Of a DNA stretch of 39,062 nt, positions 8,883 to 17,830 are shown piece by piece; position 1 is the stretch's first letter; each line of letters starts with the position of its first letter. This DNA comes from a virus (Duplodnaviria; Caudoviricetes). Made by a program: the position numbers and the translations under genes. The DNA is taken from positions 1-39,062 of the IMG/VR virus record IMGVR_UViG_3300036391_000025. One strand, 5' to 3'. The notes beneath the pieces were generated by a model. The model had not been told where the DNA came from. It saw only the letters and a program-made list of their open reading frames with translations, and made no database searches.

Positions 8883-10421
8883 CTAATACTCTATATCTGC
8901 TAGCACGGAGAGCGACATAAAATAAGAACTCCCAGCGGCAACCGAGGTTAGGGATAGATTTGCACTCCGGTCGGTAGGGTCACCCACGGCGGCTGTGGCG
9001 TTTGCATTACTAGAAAAACCGCCCGTGCTCGTAGTTGGGGTACCCCGCATCAGGACAGGCCAGAAAATAGGCACTGACATTATTTGACCCCCGGCAGTGG
9101 CGTTGAACTTGGCGGATACGCGTGTACCGGCATAGTACCTTTGGCATAAGTGTAGCTCTTGTTGGGCATGGCGGGCGGAAAAAGGATCGTCTTCTTTAGT
9201 CGCGTCCCCTTCCACCAGCGACACTCTGGCGACATCGTATACGCCGCTTCGCTGACCAAGGTTGTTAGTACGTGCGTCGAAGTTGGACCCCGCTTCGAAG
9301 AAGATGGACAGCTGAAGGGAAGAGTTATTATCGGTGCCGATGGTCTTGCCTACAACCGTAGGAAAATCGATCACCGTGGCGAACTTCTGCCACTGGGTAG
9401 TCAGGTTGACTTTGGTGGCGCCGATACCTGCCACGATTGCGGACACGGAACCGCCGCTGCCGAACACTTGGCTAAACTCAAAGGCTAGAGGTACAGCGGC
9501 GGCCGCTTTTGCCCAGAACGTGAGTGTGGCTTTTTTGCCAGCAAGGGTACGAACGTCTTCTATGACCTGACGAAGAAGCGAAGCATTGGCGGCCCCAGCA
9601 ACCGAGACAACACCCGTCCTGTGCCAGCAGTCAGGGTCTCCGGGTAGCTGCCCGTTCGGAGTGGGGTTGGCTATGCGCGCGGGCTCGACCGTCGAGTTGA
9701 CCCCGATGTTGTTCCATCGGTCGGCTAGGTACCGATTGCCGAAGGCTGGTGCTAGGTAGGTACCGCGTTGCCAGATACCGAAATCGCCGTTGATGATCTT
9801 GTTGCGGAAGCCGGAGAGGACGCCAGCATCGATATTGGCGCGGGCACGCCCCTTCTCCGCGTCGCTAAAGGTTTGTGCCTGATCGACACGCACTCGCTTC
9901 ATCAAGGCGGTCGCGAGCTTGGCGAGAGTATCCAAGCCGGGTTCGACGCCGCCCTTCAAGGCGGCTTCCAGGATTTCGAGATCTTCGTCGATCTGCTCTG
10001 TCGTCAATGTCCCAACTTGCGCAGCCGTCACACCGTGAGGGTTGTTTGTATTGTCCCGGTGCACGCTGAAGGTCGCACTGTTGAGCTTCGATGTTCCGAG
10101 ATTAGAGATTGCCGTGAGCAGCGCCTCGATCTCTGCGTCTGAGACGAAACGTTTTTCCACGGTTTCGGTGATGCGGTCAGGCGTGAAGCCGTGATCGAAC
10201 TCTTCGACGATCTGCTCGATTTCGGCTGACTTTTCCGAAATCTCTTCATTGTATCGGGCAATGAGCGCATCGACGTCGGCCCGATTGCCTTCCTTCAGGT
10301 CATCGGCGACCACCTCGATCGCATCCAGGCGCAGGTCGATGTCCTGGTGGATTTGGTTTTCCCGCTCCAGAACATCGTCCCGCTCGCTGATGCGATATTT
10401 GCTTTCAAACCGTCGCGCCAT
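8883..10421 (-). CDS. Tail fibre / receptor-binding protein
   Basis: N-terminal coiled region with LDTLAKLATAL; FRNKIINGDFGIWQRG carbohydrate-binding-like domain; ELHLCQRYY followed by a variable tip. Confidence 0.85.
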   Translation of the reverse strand: MARRFESKYRISERDDVLERENQIHQDIDLRLDAIEVVADDLKEGNRADVDALIARYNEEISEKSAEIEQIVEEFDHGFTPDRITETVEKRFVSDAEIEALLTAISNLGTSKLNSATFSVHRDNTNNPHGVTAAQVGTLTTEQIDEDLEILEAALKGGVEPGLDTLAKLATALMKRVRVDQAQTFSDAEKGRARANIDAGVLSGFRNKIINGDFGIWQRGTYLAPAFGNRYLADRWNNIGVNSTVEPARIANPTPNGQLPGDPDCWHRTGVVSVAGAANASLLRQVIEDVRTLAGKKATLTFWAKAAAAVPLAFEFSQVFGSGGSVSAIVAGIGATKVNLTTQWQKFATVIDFPTVVGKTIGTDNNSSLQLSIFFEAGSNFDARTNNLGQRSGVYDVARVSLVEGDATKEDDPFSARHAQQELHLCQRYYAGTRVSAKFNATAGGQIMSVPIFWPVLMRGTPTTSTGGFSSNANATAAVGDPTDRSANLSLTSVAAGSSYFMSLSVLADIEY

Positions 10422-10431
10422 GCTGTTCTCC

Positions 10432-12798
10432 TCACGCCGAAACTCGCGCGGCCGCCCATTCGAAGTTGAACGGGATGCGGTGATTGTTGGTGGTGGCGTC
10501 GAACCTCAGCTTGACTGAGGTCGGGTGCGTCGGAAGCGTGATGGTCCACTCCATCTCGACCGCCGCCTCCTGATCCGGACGCGCAACCTCACGGCCGGGA
10601 ACGACCCGGATCGTCGGAGCTGCGGCAGTGACGATCGTCGCATAACCTGCGCCATGCATGCACTTGGCCGTGATCGTGTGACGGGCCGCATCGAATGAAG
10701 CGATCACGGCCCGAACCTTAAGCTCCGCCGCCGGCTCTCCAATCGCCCAAGCCGCCGATATCCATTTCAGCGCCGCTTTGTTACGGGTGAGGCGGACACG
10801 GCTGTTCTCTGTCTCGATGATTGGCATGCCCCACTGGGTCCCGGTAAGCACGACCCGGAACTCATAGAGCGCCGTGACGCCGTTGATCATCGCGGCTTTG
10901 GAGTTTTCTGCCGACAGCGCTTTCCACGTCCCGCCGATGTTGACTTCGTAGACAAGGTTGGCGGCGGACGGCACGATCGAGGGGGCAAGGATGTCGATGC
11001 TCTCGATACCGCCGGTCAGTTGCAGGGCGCCAAGCCGGATCGGGATCTGGGTGACATCGAAGCTGCAGTAGTCGACACCGAAGCAGATATCCTTGGTGAG
11101 GTCCCCATCGAAATAGATGCCGTCCGTTGTCTGGAAGAGGTTGCCGCCGAGGAATGCCTCGCCGTCGGAGGTCGCCACATCGACATCACCTGTCACGAAC
11201 CACGCCACGGCATAGGCTCTCGCTCTGCCCTGACTGCCGGCCAAAGGTGCCAACAGGCGGGGCTTGTCGAACGTGAAATACGTTCGTTGTGGCCAAACCT
11301 TGAAATCCGCTGCGGTTTTGGTGACCGAGGTCAGCGCGCGGCTGGTGTCAGGCGTCCCATCATTCTTGCATTCGCACAAGACCATGGTGATGGCAGCACC
11401 CGCTCCAAATCTCTTGATGGCAAGCCATGTCCGGGGGCTCCAGCGCTCCTGATGAACAAGGAAGCTCTGCGCCTTGAGGACGCCGGAGATCGTCTGTTCT
11501 TTGACCAGGTATTTGTCATAGGGAACTTGGATCGTGTCCGTCCAGAATTGCTGGAGCCGAACGAACTGATGATCCACCAGTCCCATCCATGCGTTTTTGA
11601 GCTCTGCGCCGGCCTTGAAGGTGTCACCATTCGCTGCCGTGAAAATCCCGGCGATGGGATCATATCGTCCAGATCTCCAGAACTCGGCATTGTTGCAGAT
11701 CGTGAAGGCCGAGCCATACCGGACGCGCTCACGAGACTCTGTCAGATGCTCGACCGTGATCGTCTGAGACGAGATGCCGCCAAGCGGCATTTCGCCCGTA
11801 GCCTGGGTGACAGCTATGCCTTCGGCGATGGAATATTTTGGGCAAATCAGGCCGATCGATGCGTGGGCAAGGTTCGGATCGTTCGGATTGTAGAGCGAAA
11901 GCGGGTACTGGTTGACGCCTTCATAGTTGAACCGGATACCCTCCTCGACAAGGGCGTCAAAGTCGGCATGGCCGGTGGCAGTCACGGGGTTATAGTCAGT
12001 TTCACCGTAGTCGAGGAAACGATCTGACCAGTAGGGTGACCCGTCATCACTGATATCAAGGCGGTCCTTCAGGAGCGCCATATCGACCTGCAGGGACGAG
12101 ACCGCATTGCGCCCGGCCGACGACAAGAGGCCCGCTCTGATGCCGGCGATATCCGCCTTTTGACCTTCGATGTTCTGGTTGATGATAAGGAGGGCCTGGG
12201 CGATCGACTTCACGTTCGAATTCACGGTTTCGAGCCTGGCACCAAGCGTGTCCTCGCGCATCGTCACAGTCTGGATACCGGATGTGGTGATGAGGATTTC
12301 CGCGATAGCCACCGAGCCGAGTGGCGCGATCGGCGCGATCGGGCGTGCACCCTCGATGCCGGGTGCGATCGACAGCGTCACCTTGCGATTGCGGGTGCGA
12401 TAGGCATCATCGACGGTCTGCTGTGTGCCGGCGTCAGGGTTCTGCGTATCGATCGGCCGCTCGTAATAGCGGTTTTCCAGATCGTCGGAGACCTCCTGTC
12501 CCTGGCCGACGACAAGGCAGATCACCGACTGCCCGGCCGTAACCGGCACATAGGCTGCGACTGATCGCTCCTGGACCGTTTCGGAGGCATACATTTTGCC
12601 GCTGTCGTAGACGCGGCCAGCGGCCAGTTGCACCGCCACACTGCTGGACGCCGTTGCGGTGAAGCCGGAATAGTAGAGACCAGCCGCCAGAAGGTCCTTT
12701 ACAAGGTGCTCAAAGCCGATTTGAGGAAAACTTCCGAGCCTGCCGAAATCGACTTCGGAAACGCCCTGACCCTCTTCGACGACGACGCGCTTAAACAT
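10432..12798 (-). CDS. Large baseplate/tail-associated structural protein (788 aa)
   Basis: SD AAAGGA before ATG at 12798; lies between gpI-like gene and fibre; appears beta-rich. Confidence 0.75.
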   Translation of the reverse strand: MFKRVVVEEGQGVSEVDFGRLGSFPQIGFEHLVKDLLAAGLYYSGFTATASSSVAVQLAAGRVYDSGKMYASETVQERSVAAYVPVTAGQSVICLVVGQGQEVSDDLENRYYERPIDTQNPDAGTQQTVDDAYRTRNRKVTLSIAPGIEGARPIAPIAPLGSVAIAEILITTSGIQTVTMREDTLGARLETVNSNVKSIAQALLIINQNIEGQKADIAGIRAGLLSSAGRNAVSSLQVDMALLKDRLDISDDGSPYWSDRFLDYGETDYNPVTATGHADFDALVEEGIRFNYEGVNQYPLSLYNPNDPNLAHASIGLICPKYSIAEGIAVTQATGEMPLGGISSQTITVEHLTESRERVRYGSAFTICNNAEFWRSGRYDPIAGIFTAANGDTFKAGAELKNAWMGLVDHQFVRLQQFWTDTIQVPYDKYLVKEQTISGVLKAQSFLVHQERWSPRTWLAIKRFGAGAAITMVLCECKNDGTPDTSRALTSVTKTAADFKVWPQRTYFTFDKPRLLAPLAGSQGRARAYAVAWFVTGDVDVATSDGEAFLGGNLFQTTDGIYFDGDLTKDICFGVDYCSFDVTQIPIRLGALQLTGGIESIDILAPSIVPSAANLVYEVNIGGTWKALSAENSKAAMINGVTALYEFRVVLTGTQWGMPIIETENSRVRLTRNKAALKWISAAWAIGEPAAELKVRAVIASFDAARHTITAKCMHGAGYATIVTAAAPTIRVVPGREVARPDQEAAVEMEWTITLPTHPTSVKLRFDATTNNHRIPFNFEWAAARVSA

Positions 12799-13966
12799 GC
12801 GATGAAATCCTTTTGCGTTGGCCGTAGCGCACACCCGTCTTGGCGGCGCGCAAATCGGCATAGGTGAGACGTTGGGTTGCTGTGAGCGTGATCGAGTTTT
12901 CGTCACGCAGTGCGGAGGCTGAAAGGATCGCGTCCATCAGGCTTGCCACTTGCGGCTCGCTTCTGGCCGCGCAGATCCGGCCGGCCGGGAAGCGCGACCG
13001 TGGCACCGGCCGCGACCAGTCAACCGTCCAGGCGGCGGAGTAAGCCTTGCGGGTTACACGGCTGCGGCCGACGACGTTGGCCGCCCGGCGCGACGTGATC
13101 TGGCCAGGCGTTCCGGAGAACTTCAAAGACAGATAGCCATGGGCGATCGCCACGGGCGCTGCGATCCGCAGTCCGCCGCGACCGGCCGGTGTGAAGATCG
13201 TTGACTTGCCCTCGATCAGCTTTCGCGACGAGGATACGAACGTGCCCTGGTCGCCGCGCGTTGCCGCTGGCCGGACAAACGCCGTCCCGGCCGATACGGG
13301 CCGGATGGCGAACACGGTCTCGTTGAGATCGGAGGACGCAACGATCCGCGATCCTGCCCGGCCGGCAAGCAGGACGTGCTTGCGACCGATCGGAGCCGTG
13401 ATCTTTTCAAGGTCGCCCGAGGGCACGATCGACAGCGGCGTCTGTACGCCGGCACGGATCAGGACGGCACGTCGGGCGAGCCGCGCATCGCCCCGTGCGA
13501 TCATGTTGACACCCGCGAAACGATGAACTGGGCCGGGCAGGGTGAAGCTCTGCGGATCGAAGATGCGGATCTCCGGAAGCCCTGCCAGCCAGCGTTCCTC
13601 TTCCTCAACCGAGACGACACCGCCGCAGAAGAAACCGTGACGCGGTAGATTGAAGCCGACCAGTGTTGCATCACGGTAGCCCAGCGCCATCCGGATACCG
13701 GCTACCGTCGTCTTGCGCTCGTGGTAGAGCACCCATTCACCAACGACGGCGCGCTTGCGTGTTTCCCGCCATTCGGCGTCGTACGCATCGACGGAATAGC
13801 CCCAGGCTAGATGCGGCAGGGCGGCGATCGGCACTGTCACCGGGTCTGCCATCCTGCCGATCGGATCGTCCAGGCGGGCCGTCAGAATGCCGAGGCTGGC
13901 TGCGGCGCGCTCTGGAATGGACGCGCCTGCAGGCAATAGATGTTCGGATACGACCAGCGCGCTCAT
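12791..13966 (-). CDS. Phage tail protein I (P2 gpI-like) with extended C-terminus
   Basis: LLPAGAS, LPHLAWGYSVDAYDAEW, HERKTTVAGIRMAL. Confidence 0.85.
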   Translation of the reverse strand: MSALVVSEHLLPAGASIPERAAASLGILTARLDDPIGRMADPVTVPIAALPHLAWGYSVDAYDAEWRETRKRAVVGEWVLYHERKTTVAGIRMALGYRDATLVGFNLPRHGFFCGGVVSVEEEERWLAGLPEIRIFDPQSFTLPGPVHRFAGVNMIARGDARLARRAVLIRAGVQTPLSIVPSGDLEKITAPIGRKHVLLAGRAGSRIVASSDLNETVFAIRPVSAGTAFVRPAATRGDQGTFVSSSRKLIEGKSTIFTPAGRGGLRIAAPVAIAHGYLSLKFSGTPGQITSRRAANVVGRSRVTRKAYSAAWTVDWSRPVPRSRFPAGRICAARSEPQVASLMDAILSASALRDENSITLTATQRLTYADLRAAKTGVRYGQRKRISSHV

Positions 13967-14814
13967 TGACCGACCTCTGGCGTCACAGAGCCGACGATCA
14001 GGCGATAGGCCACCTCCGGACGGGCGGGCAGGTCAGCATCGAGCCCCTCAAGCCGCACTGTCAGCGCTGGGCCGACATGACCGGCCGTCTTAACAGCCTG
14101 GGCATAGACGCTGGTGTTGAGCCGGAAGATGCGCGCCGAAAAGGCCTGCAACGCCAGCTTGGACAGGGCGGCGACGGCGTTGCGATCGGGGCCGGGCGGC
14201 ACGACCAGGACGGCATTGACGGTGACCGTCTCGACCTGCGCCGGCAGCACGGTCACCACGTCAGTGGAGGCGGAGGCGTCTTCCGGCTGAAACGCTTTGG
14301 CAACAGCGACCAGAAGCTCCGAGGTTACCGCGCCGGTTTCGCCCGTGCCAAGCAGCCGGATCTCGACGCGGCCTTCTCCGCGGTGGATAGCGCGCACGTC
14401 GCGCAGTTGCTTCCCAAACTCTGTGCGGATCTTGAAGATGTAGCCACCGGGCGTCAGGCCGAAATCGGCGCGGGCTTCCGGTGCCAGCTGTCCACGCGAC
14501 CGAAAGCTCTCATCACCTTCACCGGGCAGGCGTTGGGTGCGGTGATAGGTGGCAAGGAGATGATCGAGATCCGCGCCGGTCGCATAGGCGATCAGCAAGG
14601 AGCGGGCGTCGCGATTGTGCTCCTCGTCCTTCAGCACCAGGCGGTACGCCCAGCTCTGGCAAATCTTGCGGAAGGCATCGCCTTCGAAGACGCCGACCCA
14701 TTCGGGCAGGCGGGTCGAAAGGTCTGCAACGAACTGAGCGATTTCGGCTTCCCAATCGAGCGTCTTGATGACGCTGGGTGCCTGAAGCTGGGAGAGATCG
14801 AGCGCACTGGTCAT
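13963..14814 (-). CDS. Baseplate assembly protein J
   Basis: LDLSQLQAPSVI, LIAYATGADLDHL, GEGDESFRSR. Confidence 0.9.
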   Translation of the reverse strand: MTSALDLSQLQAPSVIKTLDWEAEIAQFVADLSTRLPEWVGVFEGDAFRKICQSWAYRLVLKDEEHNRDARSLLIAYATGADLDHLLATYHRTQRLPGEGDESFRSRGQLAPEARADFGLTPGGYIFKIRTEFGKQLRDVRAIHRGEGRVEIRLLGTGETGAVTSELLVAVAKAFQPEDASASTDVVTVLPAQVETVTVNAVLVVPPGPDRNAVAALSKLALQAFSARIFRLNTSVYAQAVKTAGHVGPALTVRLEGLDADLPARPEVAYRLIVGSVTPEVGQ

Positions 14815-15188
14815 GCGGCCTCCGACAGGCGGTCAAAACGGATTTCCCGGCGGGTCTGCTCGACCAGGTCTTCGAAAGCGCAGACCAGTCCATACTGGCC
14901 GTTGCGATCGGCGGTCAGTTCTTGAGCGGAATGAAACCGCACGACAGCCTCGCCAGTGGTCAGGTCGCGGATCTGGTCGCAGGCGATGGCGACGTCCGCG
15001 AGCATCTGCAGAATGGTGACACGGTTTCCCGGCCCGTCGATAAAGGCCGGAAGGTCCGAGCCGTATGGCCGTCGCAACACGCGGGTGCCGCGACGCGTCA
15101 TCAGAATGTCGAGCAGCAGGCCTTCGACGTAAGGCCAGCCCTCAACAACCTTAAACGTGTGGCGGTCTAACCCGCGTGGCCGGCGCAT
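14811..15188 (-). CDS. Baseplate wedge protein W (gpW/gp25 family)
   Basis: DILMTRRGTRVLRRPYGSDLPAFID. Confidence 0.88.
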   Translation of the reverse strand: MRRPRGLDRHTFKVVEGWPYVEGLLLDILMTRRGTRVLRRPYGSDLPAFIDGPGNRVTILQMLADVAIACDQIRDLTTGEAVVRFHSAQELTADRNGQYGLVCAFEDLVEQTRREIRFDRLSEAA

Positions 15189-15189
15189 C

Positions 15190-15381
15190 CTACTTGTCTT
15201 CGCCAGCTGGCGGCACGATGGGAGCCGTGACGGATTTCTTCGGCTTGTCCTTCACCAGGGCAACATCGCCCGACAGGATCGAGAATTCCGCTTCCTGTTC
15301 GGTGAGCGACACGGTCGCGCCTTTGCCGAGTGGCCGCTTGCGCGGATAGTTGTCCGTCAAAACTTCGTAGTCCTGTTTCAT
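15190..15381 (-). CDS. Small hypothetical protein
   Basis: SD GAAGGA before ATG at 15381; fills the V-W gap. Confidence 0.7.
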   Translation of the reverse strand: MKQDYEVLTDNYPRKRPLGKGATVSLTEQEAEFSILSGDVALVKDKPKKSVTAPIVPPAGEDK

Positions 15382-15409
15382 GTTCGTTCCTTCGCTTGAG
15401 GTTGTTAGG

Positions 15410-15964
15410 TCAGACCGGAGGACCGGTGATGCCGTCGAGGTCGTCGCCGGAATGGAGATGCTTATCGCCGACGTTCGTTCCGTTGTGAGTGAAGTCGCCG
15501 CCCTCGGCTGCGAGGCTGCCCTCGACATGGAAGTCGCCCTCCATGTCCAAATTCCCTTTCATCTGGATGCCTCCAGCATGAAACCGGAACCAGGAGGAGC
15601 CGATGGTCATCACCAGTTCGCCGTCTGCGGCCTTCTCGGGGTGCTCGTTGCTGTCGGAAAACCCGCCGATGACGGCGCGCGAGGCAAGGCCCATCTCGCC
15701 GTCGGGAGATATGACCATCATCCGTTCGCCGATCGCCGGCCGGGAGATCGTTTTGACTGAACCGGCGCGCTCGCCGTATTCGATCCAGGGCGTCTTTACT
15801 TCCTGCCCCTCGGGACCGACATCGATCTTGATCAGGCGCGGATTGTCGGGGTGGTGTTCGACCACCTTGCCCTCGCGCATCGTGTTCAACTGGCGGCGCT
15901 TCAGCTCGCGGATCTCCAGCGATTGGCTGATCAGGTGGCGCTGCAGGAAAGCATCCCGGCTCAT
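15410..15964 (-). CDS. Baseplate spike protein V
   Basis: TPWIEY.ERAG, PAIGERMMVISPDGE, C-terminal HLH metal-binding tip. Confidence 0.88.
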   Translation of the reverse strand: MSRDAFLQRHLISQSLEIRELKRRQLNTMREGKVVEHHPDNPRLIKIDVGPEGQEVKTPWIEYGERAGSVKTISRPAIGERMMVISPDGEMGLASRAVIGGFSDSNEHPEKAADGELVMTIGSSWFRFHAGGIQMKGNLDMEGDFHVEGSLAAEGGDFTHNGTNVGDKHLHSGDDLDGITGPPV

Positions 15965-16503
15965 GGCAGCACCTCGCCAGGCTCGAAGCCGTCTCGGAAG
16001 CTGATCTCGGCCAGCTCGGCGGCCTCGATCGCGGCGAAGCTGTCTCCCAGCTCGATCGACACAGTGAAGAGCACGGCCCACAGCGCGATGCCTTCATCGT
16101 CGAGCCAGTCGGCATCGGAAATATCGAGCTCGATGTCTTCCGGCAGACCAACGCCCTGCAGGGCGGGCCAGTTACGTTCCTCGTCTGCCGCGCCTGGAAT
16201 GAAACCGGCGACTGAGTTCTGCACCGCAATGGCCAGCGCGATCGCGCGATCCTGGCTGTCGATCAACTCGCTTTCATTGGCGATGATGGCGATGGCGAAC
16301 GGCACTCGGACGCAGACCTGGCCGGATGGCTCGCGCCTGGAACGCAGCCGGCCGAACAGGCCGACGCGGGCGGCGGGCGTGAATGCTCCCGCCTTCTTGA
16401 CGTCCTCGGGCGTCATCCGGCCACGATGGCGGCCGACATCGCGAAACTCCGGATGCCGCGCCTCGATCATTGTGACGATACGGTTGTTGATCTCGGCCAG
16501 CAT
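15961..16503 (-). CDS. Mu gp37-like tail terminator / head-tail protein
   Basis: Synteny after gpG; GIALWAVLF C-terminal motif. Confidence 0.7.
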   Translation of the reverse strand: MLAEINNRIVTMIEARHPEFRDVGRHRGRMTPEDVKKAGAFTPAARVGLFGRLRSRREPSGQVCVRVPFAIAIIANESELIDSQDRAIALAIAVQNSVAGFIPGAADEERNWPALQGVGLPEDIELDISDADWLDDEGIALWAVLFTVSIELGDSFAAIEAAELAEISFRDGFEPGEVLP

Positions 16504-16973
16504 CAGCGCGCACCTTGGACGAGGAAGTCTTCGGCAAACCGGACGATCTCGTTTTCGTTGTCGCCGGACAGGCCGATGTACTGGCGCTGAGGCATCGTCA
16601 CCTGCTTGACCGTGAAGAACTCGCCGCCGCTGGTGAAGCTGAGTGCGTTCTTGTCTTTCGGCTTGATGACACCGCCGTCCTGGTGAATGCCGGCATAGAC
16701 GAGATTAGAGCCGACCTCGACATCCGAGCCGCCGACTTCATGGTGCAGGCTGTCATCGAGACCGCCATCCTTGAACAGGATCGAGGTGCCCTCGCGGTTC
16801 GGCTTCCAGGCATCGCCGCCCGGTGACGTCTTTTCCGATCGGATGCGGCGCTGTGTCTGCGACGTGACGAGAACGCCCAGCGCATCGAGAAAGGCGGGCT
16901 TGTCCGGTTCGGCAATCTTGGCGACCAGTCTTGCGGCTGCTTCAAAGCCACTGGCAACGATCCTCACAGCCAT
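16503..16973 (-). CDS. Virion morphogenesis protein (Mu gpG / tail completion S family)
   Basis: SPGGDAW, VGSNLVYAGIHQDGG, MPQRQYIGLS. Confidence 0.88.
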   Translation of the reverse strand: MAVRIVASGFEAAARLVAKIAEPDKPAFLDALGVLVTSQTQRRIRSEKTSPGGDAWKPNREGTSILFKDGGLDDSLHHEVGGSDVEVGSNLVYAGIHQDGGVIKPKDKNALSFTSGGEFFTVKQVTMPQRQYIGLSGDNENEIVRFAEDFLVQGAR

Positions 16974-16974
16974 C

Positions 16975-17421
16975 TCAAAGGATCTCCGAACCGCGCGTGA
17001 AGAGCCGTTCCTTACTGATGACAAAAACGTTCTTCGAACCTTCGGTTCCCGCAACGCCGGTCGATCCGGAGCTTGCCGGTTCGTTGCCGGCCAGGGTCAC
17101 ATCGCCCTTGGCGATCTTTTCGAGGAGCTTGATGCCGTCCTCGTAACGCTTGCGCATTTCATCGGTACCAGTCGCCCGGTCGCGCGACTGCATGTAGACA
17201 GCAATATCGACCACGGCCGAGACCAGAAAGTCCGGAGGCGTAATCAGCGGGATCGAGTACTTCTTGTCGATGTAGCTGTTGGCGAGGCTGCTCGCCTTTG
17301 TCAGCACGCTGTTGAGCGCCGCATCGTTGCGGGCCTTCAGGTTATCCCGATCGGACAGCTTCAGGACGAACTGGACGCCAAAGGCCAGTTCCATATCTGC
17401 GATCGTTGCGTATTGCGTCAC
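16975..17421 (-). CDS. Mu gp36 (DUF1320) head-tail connector
   Basis: GTG start with SD AAAGGA; YATIADM, ANSYIDKKYSIPL, RYEDGIKLLEKIAKG. Confidence 0.88.
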   Translation of the reverse strand: MTQYATIADMELAFGVQFVLKLSDRDNLKARNDAALNSVLTKASSLANSYIDKKYSIPLITPPDFLVSAVVDIAVYMQSRDRATGTDEMRKRYEDGIKLLEKIAKGDVTLAGNEPASSGSTGVAGTEGSKNVFVISKERLFTRGSEIL

Positions 17422-17443
17422 GTCAGATGTCCTTTGATGGCTT

Positions 17444-17471
17444 GCGGGAGCGGACTGATTTCCGCTCCCGC
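17444..17471. repeat. Perfect 11-bp inverted repeat (intergenic hairpin)
   Basis: GCGGGAGCGGA-CTGATT-TCCGCTCCCGC. Confidence 0.7.
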
Positions 17472-17500
17472 CGTTCGCCGCACTGCTCGGGAGGTATGGG

Positions 17501-17713
17501 TTAGTCGCGAACCGGCTTGATGTCGGGGTCGTTGGCGATCGCTTCGAGCTGGTCTTTCGAAAAATCGTCGGGGTAAATCTTGACCTCTTCGTCCTTCGGA
17601 AACCGGACACCGGAACGGCGCTTGGTGGCGCGGGATTTGAGCGTCACGAAATGACGATCGTCGGCTTCGCGTTCGTTCTGCTGGTCTTCGGTGGTTGCGG
17701 ATTTCGGTGCCAT
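17501..17713 (-). CDS. HI1506-related / Mu gp35-like small protein
   Basis: RRSGVRF...QLEAIANDP motif; SD AAGGAG; follows the capsid gene. Confidence 0.75.
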   Translation of the reverse strand: MAPKSATTEDQQNEREADDRHFVTLKSRATKRRSGVRFPKDEEVKIYPDDFSKDQLEAIANDPDIKPVRD

Positions 17714-17724
17714 CGGCTTCTCCT

Positions 17725-17822
17725 TCGGGTCTCGGGAAAGCGGCTCGTTGCCGTTTTCCGGAAACCCGACGCCGATCGGGAGGAGAGATCGGCGTCGGTC
17801 GTCACGGCCGTGCGCACGGCCG
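17725..17822. other. Tandem hairpin cluster downstream of gpT
   Basis: Stems 17725-17769, 17766-17798 (12 bp) and 18-bp palindrome 17805-17822. Confidence 0.6.
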
Positions 17823-17830
17823 AGCTGAAA

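Noticed and set aside
8883-10421. DGR or invertible G-segment acting on the tail fibre
   Set aside because: No reverse transcriptase, template repeat, invertase or flanking inverted sites found in the window
13663-14925. 420-aa + strand ORF, and similar long + ORFs at 11020-12027, 17651-18745, 21719-22630
   Set aside because: Shadow ORFs opposite baseplate, capsid and portal genes
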